Shown here piece by piece: positions 20,529 to 31,519 of a DNA stretch of 64,000 bases; positions within the stretch are counted from its first letter, which is position 1; each line of letters begins with the position of its first letter. The stretch lies in assembly GCA_963793265.1 (NCBI GenBank), contig CAWBZI010000001.1, positions 512,001-576,000 of the forward strand, read 5' to 3'. The notes beneath the pieces are model-generated. The model was not told where the DNA came from, did not search any database, and worked only from the letters and a program-made list of their open reading frames with translations. The DNA comes from an uncultured cyanobacterium (GTDB lineage Bacteria; Cyanobacteriota; Cyanobacteriia; Phormidesmidales; Phormidesmidaceae). Both the position numbers and the translations under genes were made by a program.

Positions 20529-21216
20529 CTTTTAGCCCTTTAGGCAGCAGCGTTTCTGGCTTTAGTCCGCACAGTTCATCAGCTTCAGCCGCTCGCATAT
20601 CCCAAGGCACGATTGAAAAGAAAAATAGCGTTGAGGCCATGATCAAGCCGCTGTTGAGGAACTGCCAGCGAGGACTGAGAACAAGAAAGACAATGCCCAG
20701 GCCATGCACTAAACTGGCTGCGCTAAAAGAGCGCGATCTAAGACCAACTGCCATCGCAAAATAGCCTGCTGCACAAAGCCCTAGCCACAGCGAGCAAAGG
20801 TTCATAAGCACGATGCCAATGCTACCAAAAATGCCGTAGGCAGTGACGATCATACCGCCCGTCATCAGTACAGCCCAAAGCACGATGACCCACCGCAATC
20901 TTTCACTACAAGCTAGTCGCCAGGTGAGCTGAGAGGTGCTGGCAATGCCTGCACTGGTTAAAGCGGCATCTATAAAAGCTTGTGTTGTCCAGCTCAGCGT
21001 AGAGAACTGAGCGGTTGAGAAAATGGCTAGCGCCACGATTCCCCAGATTACAAAAGCCTGATCAAGCTCGCTGAAAGGAAGGGCTGGAAAGGTGATATTC
21101 GGTTTTTTGAAACGGATTCCTTTAGCGTAAGCTTTGATGAGCCCGCTGAGATCTCGCAGGGCGATCGCTTTGGGATGTAGGGGCAGCAGATGTTCGTTTA
21201 GATCAAAAGAAGTCAT
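20518..21216 (-). CDS. Hypothetical multi-pass membrane protein
   Basis: About six hydrophobic segments in 232 aa. Confidence 0.75.
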   Translation of the reverse strand: MTSFDLNEHLLPLHPKAIALRDLSGLIKAYAKGIRFKKPNITFPALPFSELDQAFVIWGIVALAIFSTAQFSTLSWTTQAFIDAALTSAGIASTSQLTWRLACSERLRWVIVLWAVLMTGGMIVTAYGIFGSIGIVLMNLCSLWLGLCAAGYFAMAVGLRSRSFSAASLVHGLGIVFLVLSPRWQFLNSGLIMASTLFFFSIVPWDMRAAEADELCGLKPETLLPKGLKAKA

Positions 21217-21429
21217 ATGGACGGGTATAAAATCCCAACTAACTACTCGACAGTGGCCTGAGCAATTGTTTGCTCTATATTTACCTTGGGCCGGAACGAT
21301 AAGACAGTTGTAGAATTGTAACCGATAGTTAAGGAAATATTATATTTACATTTTATTTGGGAAATGCGATCGCTCAAAAGGGGCAGTTAAGCGCGTTACC
21401 ATACTCTTCTGGCCCGTTATTACGCTTCA

Positions 21430-22458
21430 ATGACATTTTTAGATCCAATCGCCTCAGATTCAACTGCTTCTATCCGCTCGTCTTTATCCGTGCCATCGGC
21501 TGTTTTTGAAGCTGCTAAAGCTGGCGCGTTTGCGTTGGAATCTAAGGATTTACGAAAAGGATACGGTAAGGGCAAGCGTAGGCTAGAAGCTGTACGCGGT
21601 GTCTCTTTGTCTATTCGCTCGGGAGAGGTGCTGGCTTTTTTGGGGCCGAACGGTGCGGGCAAAACCACTACGATCAAGATGATTGCCGGTTTGATTCGCC
21701 CGGATACTGGCTGGGTGAAAATTGCGGGCGCGAATCCACACCAGCAGCCTCAGGCGCTACGAGGCGTTGGTGCGGTGCTAGAGGGTAATCGTAATTTGTA
21801 CTGGCGACTAACGCCGCTGGAGAATCTGGAATACTTTGGGGTGCTAAGGCAGATGCCTCGAAAGCGAGTGCGGCAGCGGGGCGAGCAGCTTCTGGAGGCG
21901 TTTGGCCTGATGGATAAGCGCAATCTGCCGGTACAGAAGCTTTCGCGAGGAATGCAACAAAAGATTGCGATCGCAGTAGCTCTTATCCACGAACCCAAGC
22001 TCTTATTACTAGACGAACCCACTTTGGGTTTAGACGTAGAGTCGGGCGAAACGGTAAAGCAACTGGTCAGACAGGTTGCGGCCTCTGGCTGTGCGATTTT
22101 GCTCACCACGCATCAGCTCAACGTGGCCGAAGAACTCTCTGATCGAGTGGCAATTATTCGTCAGGGGCAGATTGTTGCAGAGCAGTCTACACAGGCGCTA
22201 ATTCGACAGTTTTCTGATAGTGCGGCCTACAAAATTGAGTTTGATGGTGTGCTAACCAAAGAGAAGAGATTGTTGATTACTTCTTTGGGAGCAACGGTTA
22301 GCGATCGCCATATCCGCTACAGCGCTGGCCCTCAATCTGCTCTCTATAAAATCCTCAGCCTTTTAGATCCGTTGCCTCTAATAGAAGTTAGGCAAGATAG
22401 AGCTGATTTGACTGACGTGTTCTTAAAGCTGACGACAGGAGAATTAAGCAATGATTGA
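21430..22458 (+). CDS. ABC exporter ATP-binding subunit
   Basis: GPNGAGKT, LSRGMQQ, LLLDEPT, TTH. Confidence 0.92.
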   Translation: MTFLDPIASDSTASIRSSLSVPSAVFEAAKAGAFALESKDLRKGYGKGKRRLEAVRGVSLSIRSGEVLAFLGPNGAGKTTTIKMIAGLIRPDTGWVKIAGANPHQQPQALRGVGAVLEGNRNLYWRLTPLENLEYFGVLRQMPRKRVRQRGEQLLEAFGLMDKRNLPVQKLSRGMQQKIAIAVALIHEPKLLLLDEPTLGLDVESGETVKQLVRQVAASGCAILLTTHQLNVAEELSDRVAIIRQGQIVAEQSTQALIRQFSDSAAYKIEFDGVLTKEKRLLITSLGATVSDRHIRYSAGPQSALYKILSLLDPLPLIEVRQDRADLTDVFLKLTTGELSND

Positions 22459-23224
22459 TTTGCTCATTGGCGAGCTGAAGCGAACCTGGACTCAGACCCG
22501 GCGCTACCCTACTGAAGTTGTAGGCGGCGTGGTGATTTTGACGACGGTGTTCTACGGCATATTTATTAGTACACAGTATATTGCGGGGCCTGCGAGTACG
22601 TTTGGCGATCGCCTAGACTCTGTAGTCGTTGGCTACGTCATTTGGACGCTGGTGCTCTACATCGTCAATGACATCGCGAATAATCTACAGATAGAGGCGC
22701 AAACGGGGACGCTAGAGCAGGTGTTTTTATCGCCGTTTGGAGCGCCTCGGGTATTTTTGGCGCGGGCGATTGCTAGCCTGAGTCTGCGAATTCTTCTAAT
22801 CGCTATCGTGTTAGGTCTAATCATTCTAATTACAGGCAGCCGAATCGCTTTTCCACCTGCTTTATTGCTGCCACTATCGACGCTTCTACTCAGCGCTTAC
22901 GGACTAGCATTTTTCATCGGTTCTTTTGCGCTGGTGTTCAAAAAAGTGCAGCAGCTACTCGGCATTTTTCAGTTTGTACTGCTGTTTCTACTCGCTGCAC
23001 CGACTGAAGACTTTACGGGCGGTGCGCGAGTAGCGGCTAATATGATGCCGATTTTGCCTAGCGTTGGGCTGCTACGAGGGTTGATGGCGAGGGGAGAAAG
23101 TTTGGATTTTAGGGTGTGGGCGATCGCGCTAGCCAACGGCCTCATCTACTTTGTTCTAGGCACCTTAGTTTTTCGCTGGGCCGAAGGAAAAGCAAAGCGA
23201 CAAGGCACTTTAGGCGGCTATTAA
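22451..23224 (+). CDS. ABC-2 type permease
   Basis: Six TM segments, EAQTGTLEQVFLSP motif, overlaps the ATPase stop. Confidence 0.88.
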   Translation: MIDLLIGELKRTWTQTRRYPTEVVGGVVILTTVFYGIFISTQYIAGPASTFGDRLDSVVVGYVIWTLVLYIVNDIANNLQIEAQTGTLEQVFLSPFGAPRVFLARAIASLSLRILLIAIVLGLIILITGSRIAFPPALLLPLSTLLLSAYGLAFFIGSFALVFKKVQQLLGIFQFVLLFLLAAPTEDFTGGARVAANMMPILPSVGLLRGLMARGESLDFRVWAIALANGLIYFVLGTLVFRWAEGKAKRQGTLGGY

Positions 23225-23257
23225 AGGCTCTGTCGAATCCAGTTTAGGTCGAGCGCG

Positions 23258-24544
23258 CTAACGGTTGTTCCACTCGTCAGCAGCATCGGTCACAGCCTGA
23301 TCAACCGTTTTATCCCCTAGCATAGAAGCCTGAAGGTTGTCGTAGATGATGTTTTGCAGCTCTTTCACGTCTTCCATTGCTGGAATGAGCACCGCCGCAT
23401 CATCTAGCTGGCTTGCACTCACCGAGCGGGCAACCTCGACAGGCGAGGTATCTGCTGAGACTTCAGTAAAGTAGCTGTCTTCCATAGCTTTTACGGTAGA
23501 AGGCAACACGTTTCCTACTTTGGCAAACTCAAGCTGATTTTCGTCATTAGTGACGTAGGTGGCAAACTTCAAAGCCGCTGCTTCAGCGTCAGTAGATTTT
23601 GGGATGACCAAATCCATCGCAGCCACATTTTTTTTGCCAGTGCTACCGCTAATTTGAGGCGCTGATTTGGTGGCCGCCGCAATATCAGGCGCGTTGCTCT
23701 CGATGCTGCTTAGGAACTCCGCACCAGAAGCCAAAATAGCCGTCTCGCCAGACTGATAGAGCTGAATGGCCTGCTGATGGCCTTGAGTAAGTACTTCGCG
23801 GGGTAGCAACTCTTGCTGATAAAGGTCAGTCCAGTACTGAAACACCTTTTTGCCCTCTGGCGTATCAAAAGCAGCGTTGCCTTCTTCATCTACCAAAGAC
23901 ACACCCATTTGCACAAACGACTGAAGCACATCGGCGGCATCGTCGGGCACGAAGCTAATAAAGAAAGCGTACTTACCTGTTTTTTCCTTAATCTGCTTAG
24001 CAACTGTTGCAAGTTCCTCAAAGGTTGCAGGCGGTTCGCTCACACCTGCAGCTTCAAAAATTTCAGTGTTGTAAAGGGTTACGCGAGTGGTGAGATACCA
24101 GGGAAAGCCAAAGCTATCGCCGTTGAGCTGAGTCGCCTCCCAAATTTTGGGCAAATAAACGGCCTGCTCTTCGGGTGATAGCTTGTCGTCTAGCGTCAAC
24201 CAGGCACCTTTTGAGGCGAGCTGAGAAGCGAAGTTAGGATTTAAATTCACAACATCTGGCGCATTGCCTGCTGAAACCGCCGCCAAAATCTTTGTTTCCA
24301 TATCGCCCCAAGGCACATCTACCCACTTCACGGTAATGTCTGGGTTTTCGGCTTCAAAGTCAGCAATAAGCTCGTTAAAGTAGCCGTCAAACTTGGGCGA
24401 AAGCTGCATTGTCCAAAATTCGACCTCGGCAGGCCCGTCGGTTGAGCTAGCGGTGGTGGCGCTGCCGCAGCTAATCAGCCAGCTTGAGAATAAGCCAACG
24501 AGGGCAAGGGCAAGAAACCGTTTCCAGTGGCGGATGAATGACAT
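23258..24544 (-). CDS. Carbohydrate ABC transporter substrate-binding lipoprotein
   Basis: Lipobox LISC; FEAENPDITV, APDVV, PWYLTT..YNTEIF..AG. Confidence 0.88.
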   Translation of the reverse strand: MSFIRHWKRFLALALVGLFSSWLISCGSATTASSTDGPAEVEFWTMQLSPKFDGYFNELIADFEAENPDITVKWVDVPWGDMETKILAAVSAGNAPDVVNLNPNFASQLASKGAWLTLDDKLSPEEQAVYLPKIWEATQLNGDSFGFPWYLTTRVTLYNTEIFEAAGVSEPPATFEELATVAKQIKEKTGKYAFFISFVPDDAADVLQSFVQMGVSLVDEEGNAAFDTPEGKKVFQYWTDLYQQELLPREVLTQGHQQAIQLYQSGETAILASGAEFLSSIESNAPDIAAATKSAPQISGSTGKKNVAAMDLVIPKSTDAEAAALKFATYVTNDENQLEFAKVGNVLPSTVKAMEDSYFTEVSADTSPVEVARSVSASQLDDAAVLIPAMEDVKELQNIIYDNLQASMLGDKTVDQAVTDAADEWNNR

Positions 24545-24663
24545 GGTGGGTACAACAACTCAGCGTGATGATCTGTGACTTTACAGCACAAATTGCCTGT
24601 TTGGGTAAGCCCTGTAGGCCACATTTTTGCTCAAGTTTCTGTGGGTAAGCGATCGCCGAACAT

Positions 24664-25278
24664 CTATGACTTAGCCGTCAAAACCTGCTGAGCTGTCAGC
24701 GTCAAGCCTGAAAAGCTCGGAGAAACTATTCGCTGATCGCCGCGCAGCACTGTTGTTTGATAGCGCCTGTCTTCATCAAGAATGCAAACCGTCAGCGTAG
24801 GTTGCTTAGGGCGGCCAATAAAAATTTCACCGCCGAGCCCTGCATGATCAACAATCCAATATTCTCTAATGCCTAAAATTGCATAATCTTCAAACTTACG
24901 AGCATAGTCATTCTGCCAATTGCTACTGACGATTTCGGCAACAAATTTAATCGACTGAGCCAGCATCAAAATCGACTCCCTTGCCCAAAGCGGTTCCTGC
25001 GCTAAAGTTTCACTATTTACGACCATCACATCTGGACGAAAGGCTGTGAAGTTGCCTAATGGCTTGAGGATGCCGCGCTGCAAAATGAAATAAGGTAGGT
25101 CTGCTGTATCAATCTGGACGTTGAGCTTACGATCAATAAAAGCGGCTACCTGCTCATGCGGCCCGGTCGGTTCCAAGTCAAATACCTCACCATCAATCAG
25201 TTCATAACGACTATCGTCGCCGTACTGCGATAAAAACTGCTCAACTGTTATGGGGCTTGACTGTACAACCGTCACCAT
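24664..25278 (-). CDS. Uma2-family endonuclease-like protein
   Basis: RYELIDG, RPDV, AEIVS, KFEDYAILGIREYWIVD. Confidence 0.92.
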   Translation of the reverse strand: MVTVVQSSPITVEQFLSQYGDDSRYELIDGEVFDLEPTGPHEQVAAFIDRKLNVQIDTADLPYFILQRGILKPLGNFTAFRPDVMVVNSETLAQEPLWARESILMLAQSIKFVAEIVSSNWQNDYARKFEDYAILGIREYWIVDHAGLGGEIFIGRPKQPTLTVCILDEDRRYQTTVLRGDQRIVSPSFSGLTLTAQQVLTAKS

Positions 25279-25322
25279 AGCTATGCCTTCTCGGGTATCG
25301 CTGCTATCAAACTTTTACAGAG

Positions 25323-26582
25323 CTACGTAATTTGTACCTTATTAGCACACGCTTTAGCCCGTTCTCTCGCTTCATCTGTCGTGTTTCCTAAAGCCAAAGC
25401 CACACCCATCCGCCGATTTTTATAGGCTCTTGGCTTGCCAAATAGCCGAAGCTGACTGGTCGGTACGCTCAATGCCTCTGCCATCCCGCTAAATTGAGGC
25501 GTATCTGTCGCCTCAGTCGCTAAGATAACCGCCGAGGCACCAGGCCGAATCAGCTCAATTTCACCAATAGGCAGGCCCAAAATCGCGCGGACATGAAGCG
25601 CAAATTCTGACTGGTTTTGACTAACCATCGTCACCATGCCGGTGTCATGAGGGCGCGGGCTCACTTCGCTGAAGTAAACCGTTTGAGCGCCATCGGCTGA
25701 ACCGGCGATAAATAGCTCTACGCCAAAGAGGCCCCAGCCGCCCAGCGCTTCAGTAACTTTAGCCGCCATGTCTTGACAGGCTTCTAATGTGTCAGGCGTC
25801 AGCGCACAGGGCTGCCACGATTCGCGGTAATCACCGCTTTGCTGAATATGACCAATGGGCGGGCAAAAGTGGGTGCCAGAAACTGAGCGCACGGTGAGCA
25901 AAGTAATTTCGGTTTCAAAGTCTACGAAACCCTCTACGATCACCCGAGCTTCTTGGCCGCGTCCCGCTTCAAAAGCGTAGTTCCAGGCGGCGTCAATATC
26001 TTCGGGGGTTCGAACGGTGCTTTGCCCTTTACCTGATGAACTCATCACTGGCTTAACCACACAGGGTAAGCCGATGGCCTCAATGGCTGCTCGGTATTCT
26101 GCGGCGGTAGAAGCGAATCTATAAGGAGAGGTCTTGAGCCCTAGCTCGTCTGCAGCAAGGCGGCGGATGCCTTCTCTGTCCATAGTGAGATGGGTGGCTT
26201 TGGCGGTGGGGATGACGCGCCAGCCGGATTGTTCTAAGTCGAGGAGGGTTTTAGTTGCGATCGCCTCCACCTCCGGCACAATCAAATCCGGCTTCACAGC
26301 CTCCACCAAATCCTGCAACGCCTTCCCATCAAGCATGTTTGTTACATAACTGCTGTGGGCAAACTGCATTGCCGGTGCCTTTTCGTAAGCATCGACTGCA
26401 ATCACCTCTATACCAAGCCGCATCGCTTCTAAAGCAACCTCGCGACCAAGCTCACCAGCGCCTAACAAAAGCAGGCGCTTTGCTTGCGGGCTACCAGGAG
26501 CGCCCCACGGTGTCTCGGCAGACCTGACAGTAGCAGAATCATTGCCTGAAGGTGGCTGAGATAAGGAGGAAACGTTGCTCAT
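25323..26582 (-). CDS. purT: Formate-dependent phosphoribosylglycinamide formyltransferase
   Basis: [42 protein letters not shown]. Confidence 0.96.
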   Translation of the reverse strand: MSNVSSLSQPPSGNDSATVRSAETPWGAPGSPQAKRLLLLGAGELGREVALEAMRLGIEVIAVDAYEKAPAMQFAHSSYVTNMLDGKALQDLVEAVKPDLIVPEVEAIATKTLLDLEQSGWRVIPTAKATHLTMDREGIRRLAADELGLKTSPYRFASTAAEYRAAIEAIGLPCVVKPVMSSSGKGQSTVRTPEDIDAAWNYAFEAGRGQEARVIVEGFVDFETEITLLTVRSVSGTHFCPPIGHIQQSGDYRESWQPCALTPDTLEACQDMAAKVTEALGGWGLFGVELFIAGSADGAQTVYFSEVSPRPHDTGMVTMVSQNQSEFALHVRAILGLPIGEIELIRPGASAVILATEATDTPQFSGMAEALSVPTSQLRLFGKPRAYKNRRMGVALALGNTTDEARERAKACANKVQIT

Positions 26583-26799
26583 AGTGGGGCCTTTGGGTTC
26601 ACCGTAGCTTTGTAGCAGCACATACATGCACGTAAGTGCACTTTGCGCTAAGGGGGCTCAGGCGCACGTCACATGTAATTTTCTTGTTGCAACCTGGGCA
26701 ATCTAGAGTCCAAATTCGGATCTTTAATTCTACCGGGATTAAACCCTAAAGGGAACCTTTTGCAGGGTTGCCGTCATCACTCACTGGGCAAGCGTAGTC

Positions 26800-27891
26800 G
26801 TGAACAGACTCAAGTCTCTATTTTCCAAAAAATCGTCAGGGGTCGGCATCGAGCTAACGCCTGAGCGCATTAATGTTGCCCGCCTCAAAAAGCAAGGGCA
26901 AAAGCTTAAGCTGCAAACCCTAGCAACCGCCGAAATTCCTGAAGGCATCTTTGAGGAAGGCCAGATTGTCGATAGCCCGGCGATGGCTGAGATTATTCAG
27001 TCCACCTTGGCAGAGCACAAAATCAAAGTTAGCCAGGCTTCTACTGCTGTGCCCGGACGCGCCGTCACCCGTGTGATTCCGGTACCCGCAGAACTCGATG
27101 ACAACGAGCTAAGAGAAATGGTTCTTAACCAAGAAGCCAGCCTGTATCTGCCGTTTCCGCGAGACGAAGCTGACGTTGATTATCAAAAGCTTGGCTTCTT
27201 TGTAGATGATGACGGCATTGAAAAGGTTCAGGTGCTACTCGTCGCTGTCAAGAAAGACATTACCGATAGCTACACCGAGACGTTTGCTCAAGCAGGCTTA
27301 AGTCTCACGGTATTAGAAACCAGCAGCTTTGCACTCATCCGCACCATCCGCGAGCAACTGCGGCAGTTCACCTCTCAAGAAGCCGCTGCCATTGTTGATA
27401 TTCAGTTTGAAAGCACTGAAATTTCAATCGTGGTAGACGGTATTCCTCACTTTTCACGCACCGTCCCGCTCGGCACCTCTCAAATTCAAAATGCTTTGAG
27501 CCGGGCAATGAACCTACCGCCATCGCGGAATGCAGATTTGCTTCAGGGCATGTCGATTCCACCGGGGCCAATGGCAGGCGGGCCAAAAGGCGGCATGAAC
27601 CCAGGCACAGCGGCCATGTTGCGCGTAGTAGGTGAGCTTTCTGACGAGCTGAGACGGTCAATCGATTTTTACTTAAACCAGGGAGAAGATATGGAGGTCG
27701 CACAGCTTCTGCTGGCAGGGGCCGGTAGCGCTATTGGCAATTTAGACGAGTTCTTTTCTCAGCGCTTAGGACTACCGGCTAGCGTAATCGACCCGGTAGA
27801 TTCTTTGGCAATTGAGATGGATGAAGAACTATCGCCGGTTCAGCGTTCAGGGCTAGCGACGGTGCTTGGCTTAGGCCTTAGAGAAGTTTAG
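26800..27891 (+). CDS. pilM: Type IV pilus assembly protein PilM
   Basis: GIELTPERIN, EASLYLPFP, ELRRSIDFY, LGLGLR; first gene of the pilMNOQ run. Confidence 0.93.
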   Translation: MNRLKSLFSKKSSGVGIELTPERINVARLKKQGQKLKLQTLATAEIPEGIFEEGQIVDSPAMAEIIQSTLAEHKIKVSQASTAVPGRAVTRVIPVPAELDDNELREMVLNQEASLYLPFPRDEADVDYQKLGFFVDDDGIEKVQVLLVAVKKDITDSYTETFAQAGLSLTVLETSSFALIRTIREQLRQFTSQEAAAIVDIQFESTEISIVVDGIPHFSRTVPLGTSQIQNALSRAMNLPPSRNADLLQGMSIPPGPMAGGPKGGMNPGTAAMLRVVGELSDELRRSIDFYLNQGEDMEVAQLLLAGAGSAIGNLDEFFSQRLGLPASVIDPVDSLAIEMDEELSPVQRSGLATVLGLGLREV

Positions 27892-27908
27892 GAAAGGAGG
27901 TTTGAGCC

Positions 27909-28661
27909 ATGTACGGAATTGATATTAACTTTTTGAACGACCGCAAAGACCGCCCAACAGAGGCGATTGTTCCGGTCAAAAAGGCAAAGGGGAGTTCAGG
28001 CAGTAAGCTGCCGATATTTGTGGGGATGGGTGTTGCTGTGGCTGCTTGCGCAGCCGTTGGTGGCTCCTGGCTGGTGCTTCAGAGCCAGCAGAAAGGACTT
28101 GCGGCTGAGAACGCCGTTTTAGACGCGCAGCTCACTGAGCTTCAGCAAAAGCTGGCGCAAGTTGATACGGTTCGCCAGCAAACGGCGGCTGTGAACAATG
28201 AAATCCAGGCGCTCGCTAGCGTGTTTGAGCGCATTCGCCCCTGGTCTGCGATTGTGCGCGACGTTCAGTCCAGAATTCCAAACCGCACTCAAATTTCACG
28301 ACTGGTACAAACAGCGCCCGCTTTAGAAGACGGCGGCTCTGCGGCGGGCGGCTTAGATTTGGGCGGCAATGCCTGTTCATTTGATGACGTTAACGACTTT
28401 TTGTTGACGCTCCAAGCCTCGCCCTTTTTAGACAGTGAATCGTTAGAAATTTCGACCGCCACTTTAGGGCAGGTGGTCGAGGGCCGTTGCCCTGGAGAGG
28501 TCGAAGACGGGTCGCCTTTGGCACTTGTCAACTACACCATCGTTGGCGATATCAAGAGCATTCCAGCCACGATGCTGCTCGATGAATTAAACCGCCAGCA
28601 AGAATCTACCGGGCTGGCTGCTCGGATTCGTGCCCTTCAAGAAACAGGAGCAATTGAGTAA
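27909..28661 (+). CDS. pilN: Type IV pilus assembly protein PilN
   Basis: INFL N-terminal motif, TM helix, coiled coil, VNDFLLTLQASPF. Confidence 0.9.
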   Translation: MYGIDINFLNDRKDRPTEAIVPVKKAKGSSGSKLPIFVGMGVAVAACAAVGGSWLVLQSQQKGLAAENAVLDAQLTELQQKLAQVDTVRQQTAAVNNEIQALASVFERIRPWSAIVRDVQSRIPNRTQISRLVQTAPALEDGGSAAGGLDLGGNACSFDDVNDFLLTLQASPFLDSESLEISTATLGQVVEGRCPGEVEDGSPLALVNYTIVGDIKSIPATMLLDELNRQQESTGLAARIRALQETGAIE

Positions 28662-29476
28662 TGGCTGCTATTGGAGATTTTATTCCACCTGATGATGCTG
28701 ATTTTATTGACGAACCTCTTAATCCGGTCGTCTTTGGCATTGAGATATCCCCCACTATTATTGCTGTGCTGATTGCCCTATTGGGAATCGGTGGCGCGAG
28801 CTATGGCTTTGTCAAAATGGTCAAGCCTGTGATGGAGCGTAACGATACGCTGCGTCAGGACATTGTTGCTAAAACAGGTCAGCTCGCCTCTCAACGGCAG
28901 CAGCTAGAAGACGTGGCCAAAATAGAGGCTCAGCTAGAAGATGCCATGCAGCGTCGTCGCAATGTCTATTCACTGTTTGCTAACGAAGAGACGATGGATA
29001 CGCTGCTGCTCGACATCAATCAGCGAATTGAGTCTAGCAATGCCTCGCTGAGCGGCGTACGCTCTCAAGTCTTTAGCAGAGATATCCCACCTGTTTTGGT
29101 AGAGGCTCAGCTACAGTCATTTTCGCCAACTGAGAAAGGCGTGATTGAAGATAGCTCTATGGGCGAGAGCATTAACGGCAAGCTCAGACGCGAAACTTAC
29201 TCTGTTCAGTTCACCGGAGACTATGCCCAAACTCAGTCAATTTTACGCAACTTAGAGCGTTTGGAGCCGCTGCTGCTGGTGCGTGACTTTAATATGACGA
29301 GCGGCCAAGAGGTGCTTGAAACCGTGATTGGAGAGGGTGGTCAGGTGGTAGCTCGGAGCAAAACGCCGATTAATACCTCTTTTCAGCTCGATGCGCTGAT
29401 GCCGACTGCTGACGCTGACGTACCGCCGGAGATTGCGCCGCCGCCTGTTGAAGACCCTGCCGCTGAAGGCGGATAG
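28661..29476 (+). CDS. pilO: Type IV pilus assembly protein PilO
   Basis: TM helix + coiled coil, TLLLDIN, GDYAQTQSILRNLERL; position in operon. Confidence 0.85.
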   Translation: MAAIGDFIPPDDADFIDEPLNPVVFGIEISPTIIAVLIALLGIGGASYGFVKMVKPVMERNDTLRQDIVAKTGQLASQRQQLEDVAKIEAQLEDAMQRRRNVYSLFANEETMDTLLLDINQRIESSNASLSGVRSQVFSRDIPPVLVEAQLQSFSPTEKGVIEDSSMGESINGKLRRETYSVQFTGDYAQTQSILRNLERLEPLLLVRDFNMTSGQEVLETVIGEGGQVVARSKTPINTSFQLDALMPTADADVPPEIAPPPVEDPAAEGG

Positions 29477-29561
29477 GTTCTTCTAAGCTGTCTGGTTGCT
29501 TTCATTCTCACTTATTTTCATCTATTTAATTCACCGCTAGTTTTGACTCAAGGAGTGCCCT

Positions 29562-31412
29562 GTGAAACGTCATCTTAATTTCAGCTATCTTAATTGGCTT
29601 ATGGTTGGAGGTGCGTTAGCGGTACTAGCGGGGCCTTTAGCCTCAGCCCAACCTGCTACTGCCAAAATCACACCTATCAATGTCAAGTCAATAGGTAGCT
29701 CGCCACCTTCTAAGCTACCTGACTCGATTGAAACTGTCCCTGGTGAACCTATTACCGCTAAGAAGCCCTCAGCGCTAGCGCAGGCTCAAAGTGAAGAAAC
29801 ACCAGAGATTCTGATTCCCAACCCAGGGGTAATCATTGATGGTACGCCAGTTACGGCACCTACTCTGAATGGTGCGCCTCCATTCCTCCCCAGGGCAGTC
29901 GCACCCCCAGTTGGTGACCTTTCGGTTTCAGATATCGACTCTACTTTGGACATAATTGATCTAGGTACTGCTGAGCGAGTCCCTCGTTTGGTCTTGCGGG
30001 ATGCCTCCGCTCGTGAAGTTCTTTCTTTGCTAGCTAGGGCTGCTGGCTTGAACCTAGCTTTCACCAGTGCTGATGAGGAAGGCGGATCACCAGACGTTAC
30101 TGTATCTCTCGATATTGAGAATGAACCGGTTCAAAACGTTTTCAACTATGTACTTCAGCTTTCTGGCTTAGAGGCTAATAAAGTGGGTCGAACCATTTTT
30201 GTAGGCCCTAGATTGCCAAATAGCGCTCGCAATATTTTAGTGCGCAGTGTTCGCCTCAATCAAATTGATGTAACCAGTGCTGTGAACTTTTTGGTTTCGA
30301 TGGGAGCCGAGACTTCGATTTCTTCAGAACGTGAGGTAACTAGCGTTAACGCTGTAGAAGTTGGTGGTGGCACGGACGTTAGTGAAGTAACAACCACTGA
30401 ATCTACCGTTGAGACTCAGCGTGCGGACTATGAAGACGCTGATCCTTTGCTACGTGGGCTTCAAGCGATTGGAGATGCTCGGACTAACTCCTTGACGCTG
30501 ATTGGAACGCCGCGTCAAATTGAAATTGCAACCGCTCAGATTGTTCAGCTCGATTTGCGCCGCCGCCAGGTAGCCGTTAATCTGCGAGTGATCGATGTTA
30601 ACCTCAATGCAATTGATGCTTTTGGTACTAGCTTCTCCTTTGGGGCAGGTAATACCGACGTTACTCAAACAAACGGCCTTGGCGTGATTAACTTTGGCGG
30701 ATCTAGTGGTAGAGCACCTAATGTTGGTGCCCTGACAAACAACTTCTTAGGTACTGTTTTGGGTGGCGGTGGTGCAGTAAACCTTGCTAGTGAGTTTTTA
30801 GCGAGGCTTCAAGCTACCATAACTAGCGGTAACGGAAAAATTGTGACAGATCCGACTCTAGTAGTTCAAGAAGGCCAAACGGCTGCTGTTCAGCTTACTC
30901 AGGAAGTCGTAACGAATATTACGAGGGTAGAGACAGTAGACGATGCTGGGCGAATTGAGATAGAAACCGAGATTGAAAAAGAAGATGCTGGATTAAATCT
31001 TCTTGTTCAGATTGATCAAATTGATGACAACGGTTTCGTGAACTTATCTGTTGCACCTTCTATATCAGCACCTACAGGCGAATTCGCGAGTAGCGCAGGT
31101 ATTATTACTCTTCTTTCTCGACGACAGCTTACTTCCGGTCAGGTTCGAGTAAGAGACAGTCAAACTCTAGTGCTTTCTGGCATTATTCAAGAATCAGACC
31201 GAACAACAGTATCGAAAGTACCTATATTAGGTGATATTCCTCTATTAGGTGCTTTGTTTAGAAACACTAGCCAAACTAATGACCGCCGTGAGCTGATCGT
31301 GCTGCTTACCCCAGAAATTATTGATGATTCTGATGGAAGTGTTTACGGCTATAGCTATCAGCCCGGTGAAGATGTGCAGCAGCTTTTGGAAGACAGACGA
31401 GGCGATCGCTAA
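29562..31412 (+). CDS. pilQ: Type IV pilus secretin PilQ
   Basis: PRAVAPPVGD, DARTNSLTL, SKVPILGDIPLLGALFR secretin motifs. Confidence 0.92.
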   Translation: MKRHLNFSYLNWLMVGGALAVLAGPLASAQPATAKITPINVKSIGSSPPSKLPDSIETVPGEPITAKKPSALAQAQSEETPEILIPNPGVIIDGTPVTAPTLNGAPPFLPRAVAPPVGDLSVSDIDSTLDIIDLGTAERVPRLVLRDASAREVLSLLARAAGLNLAFTSADEEGGSPDVTVSLDIENEPVQNVFNYVLQLSGLEANKVGRTIFVGPRLPNSARNILVRSVRLNQIDVTSAVNFLVSMGAETSISSEREVTSVNAVEVGGGTDVSEVTTTESTVETQRADYEDADPLLRGLQAIGDARTNSLTLIGTPRQIEIATAQIVQLDLRRRQVAVNLRVIDVNLNAIDAFGTSFSFGAGNTDVTQTNGLGVINFGGSSGRAPNVGALTNNFLGTVLGGGGAVNLASEFLARLQATITSGNGKIVTDPTLVVQEGQTAAVQLTQEVVTNITRVETVDDAGRIEIETEIEKEDAGLNLLVQIDQIDDNGFVNLSVAPSISAPTGEFASSAGIITLLSRRQLTSGQVRVRDSQTLVLSGIIQESDRTTVSKVPILGDIPLLGALFRNTSQTNDRRELIVLLTPEIIDDSDGSVYGYSYQPGEDVQQLLEDRRGDR

Positions 31413-31479
31413 CCCTCTGCTAATCCCTTCACAAAAATCAACGTCCGTCTTATAGAACACACGCCTAGAAAGCGCCACA

Positions 31480-31519
31480 GCCGATGCATTCCATTTTTAG
31501 GAGAATGCATCGGTTTTTT
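31480..31519 (+). terminator. Intrinsic terminator of the pil operon
   Basis: CCGATGCATTC / GAATGCATCGG stem followed by T6. Confidence 0.8.
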
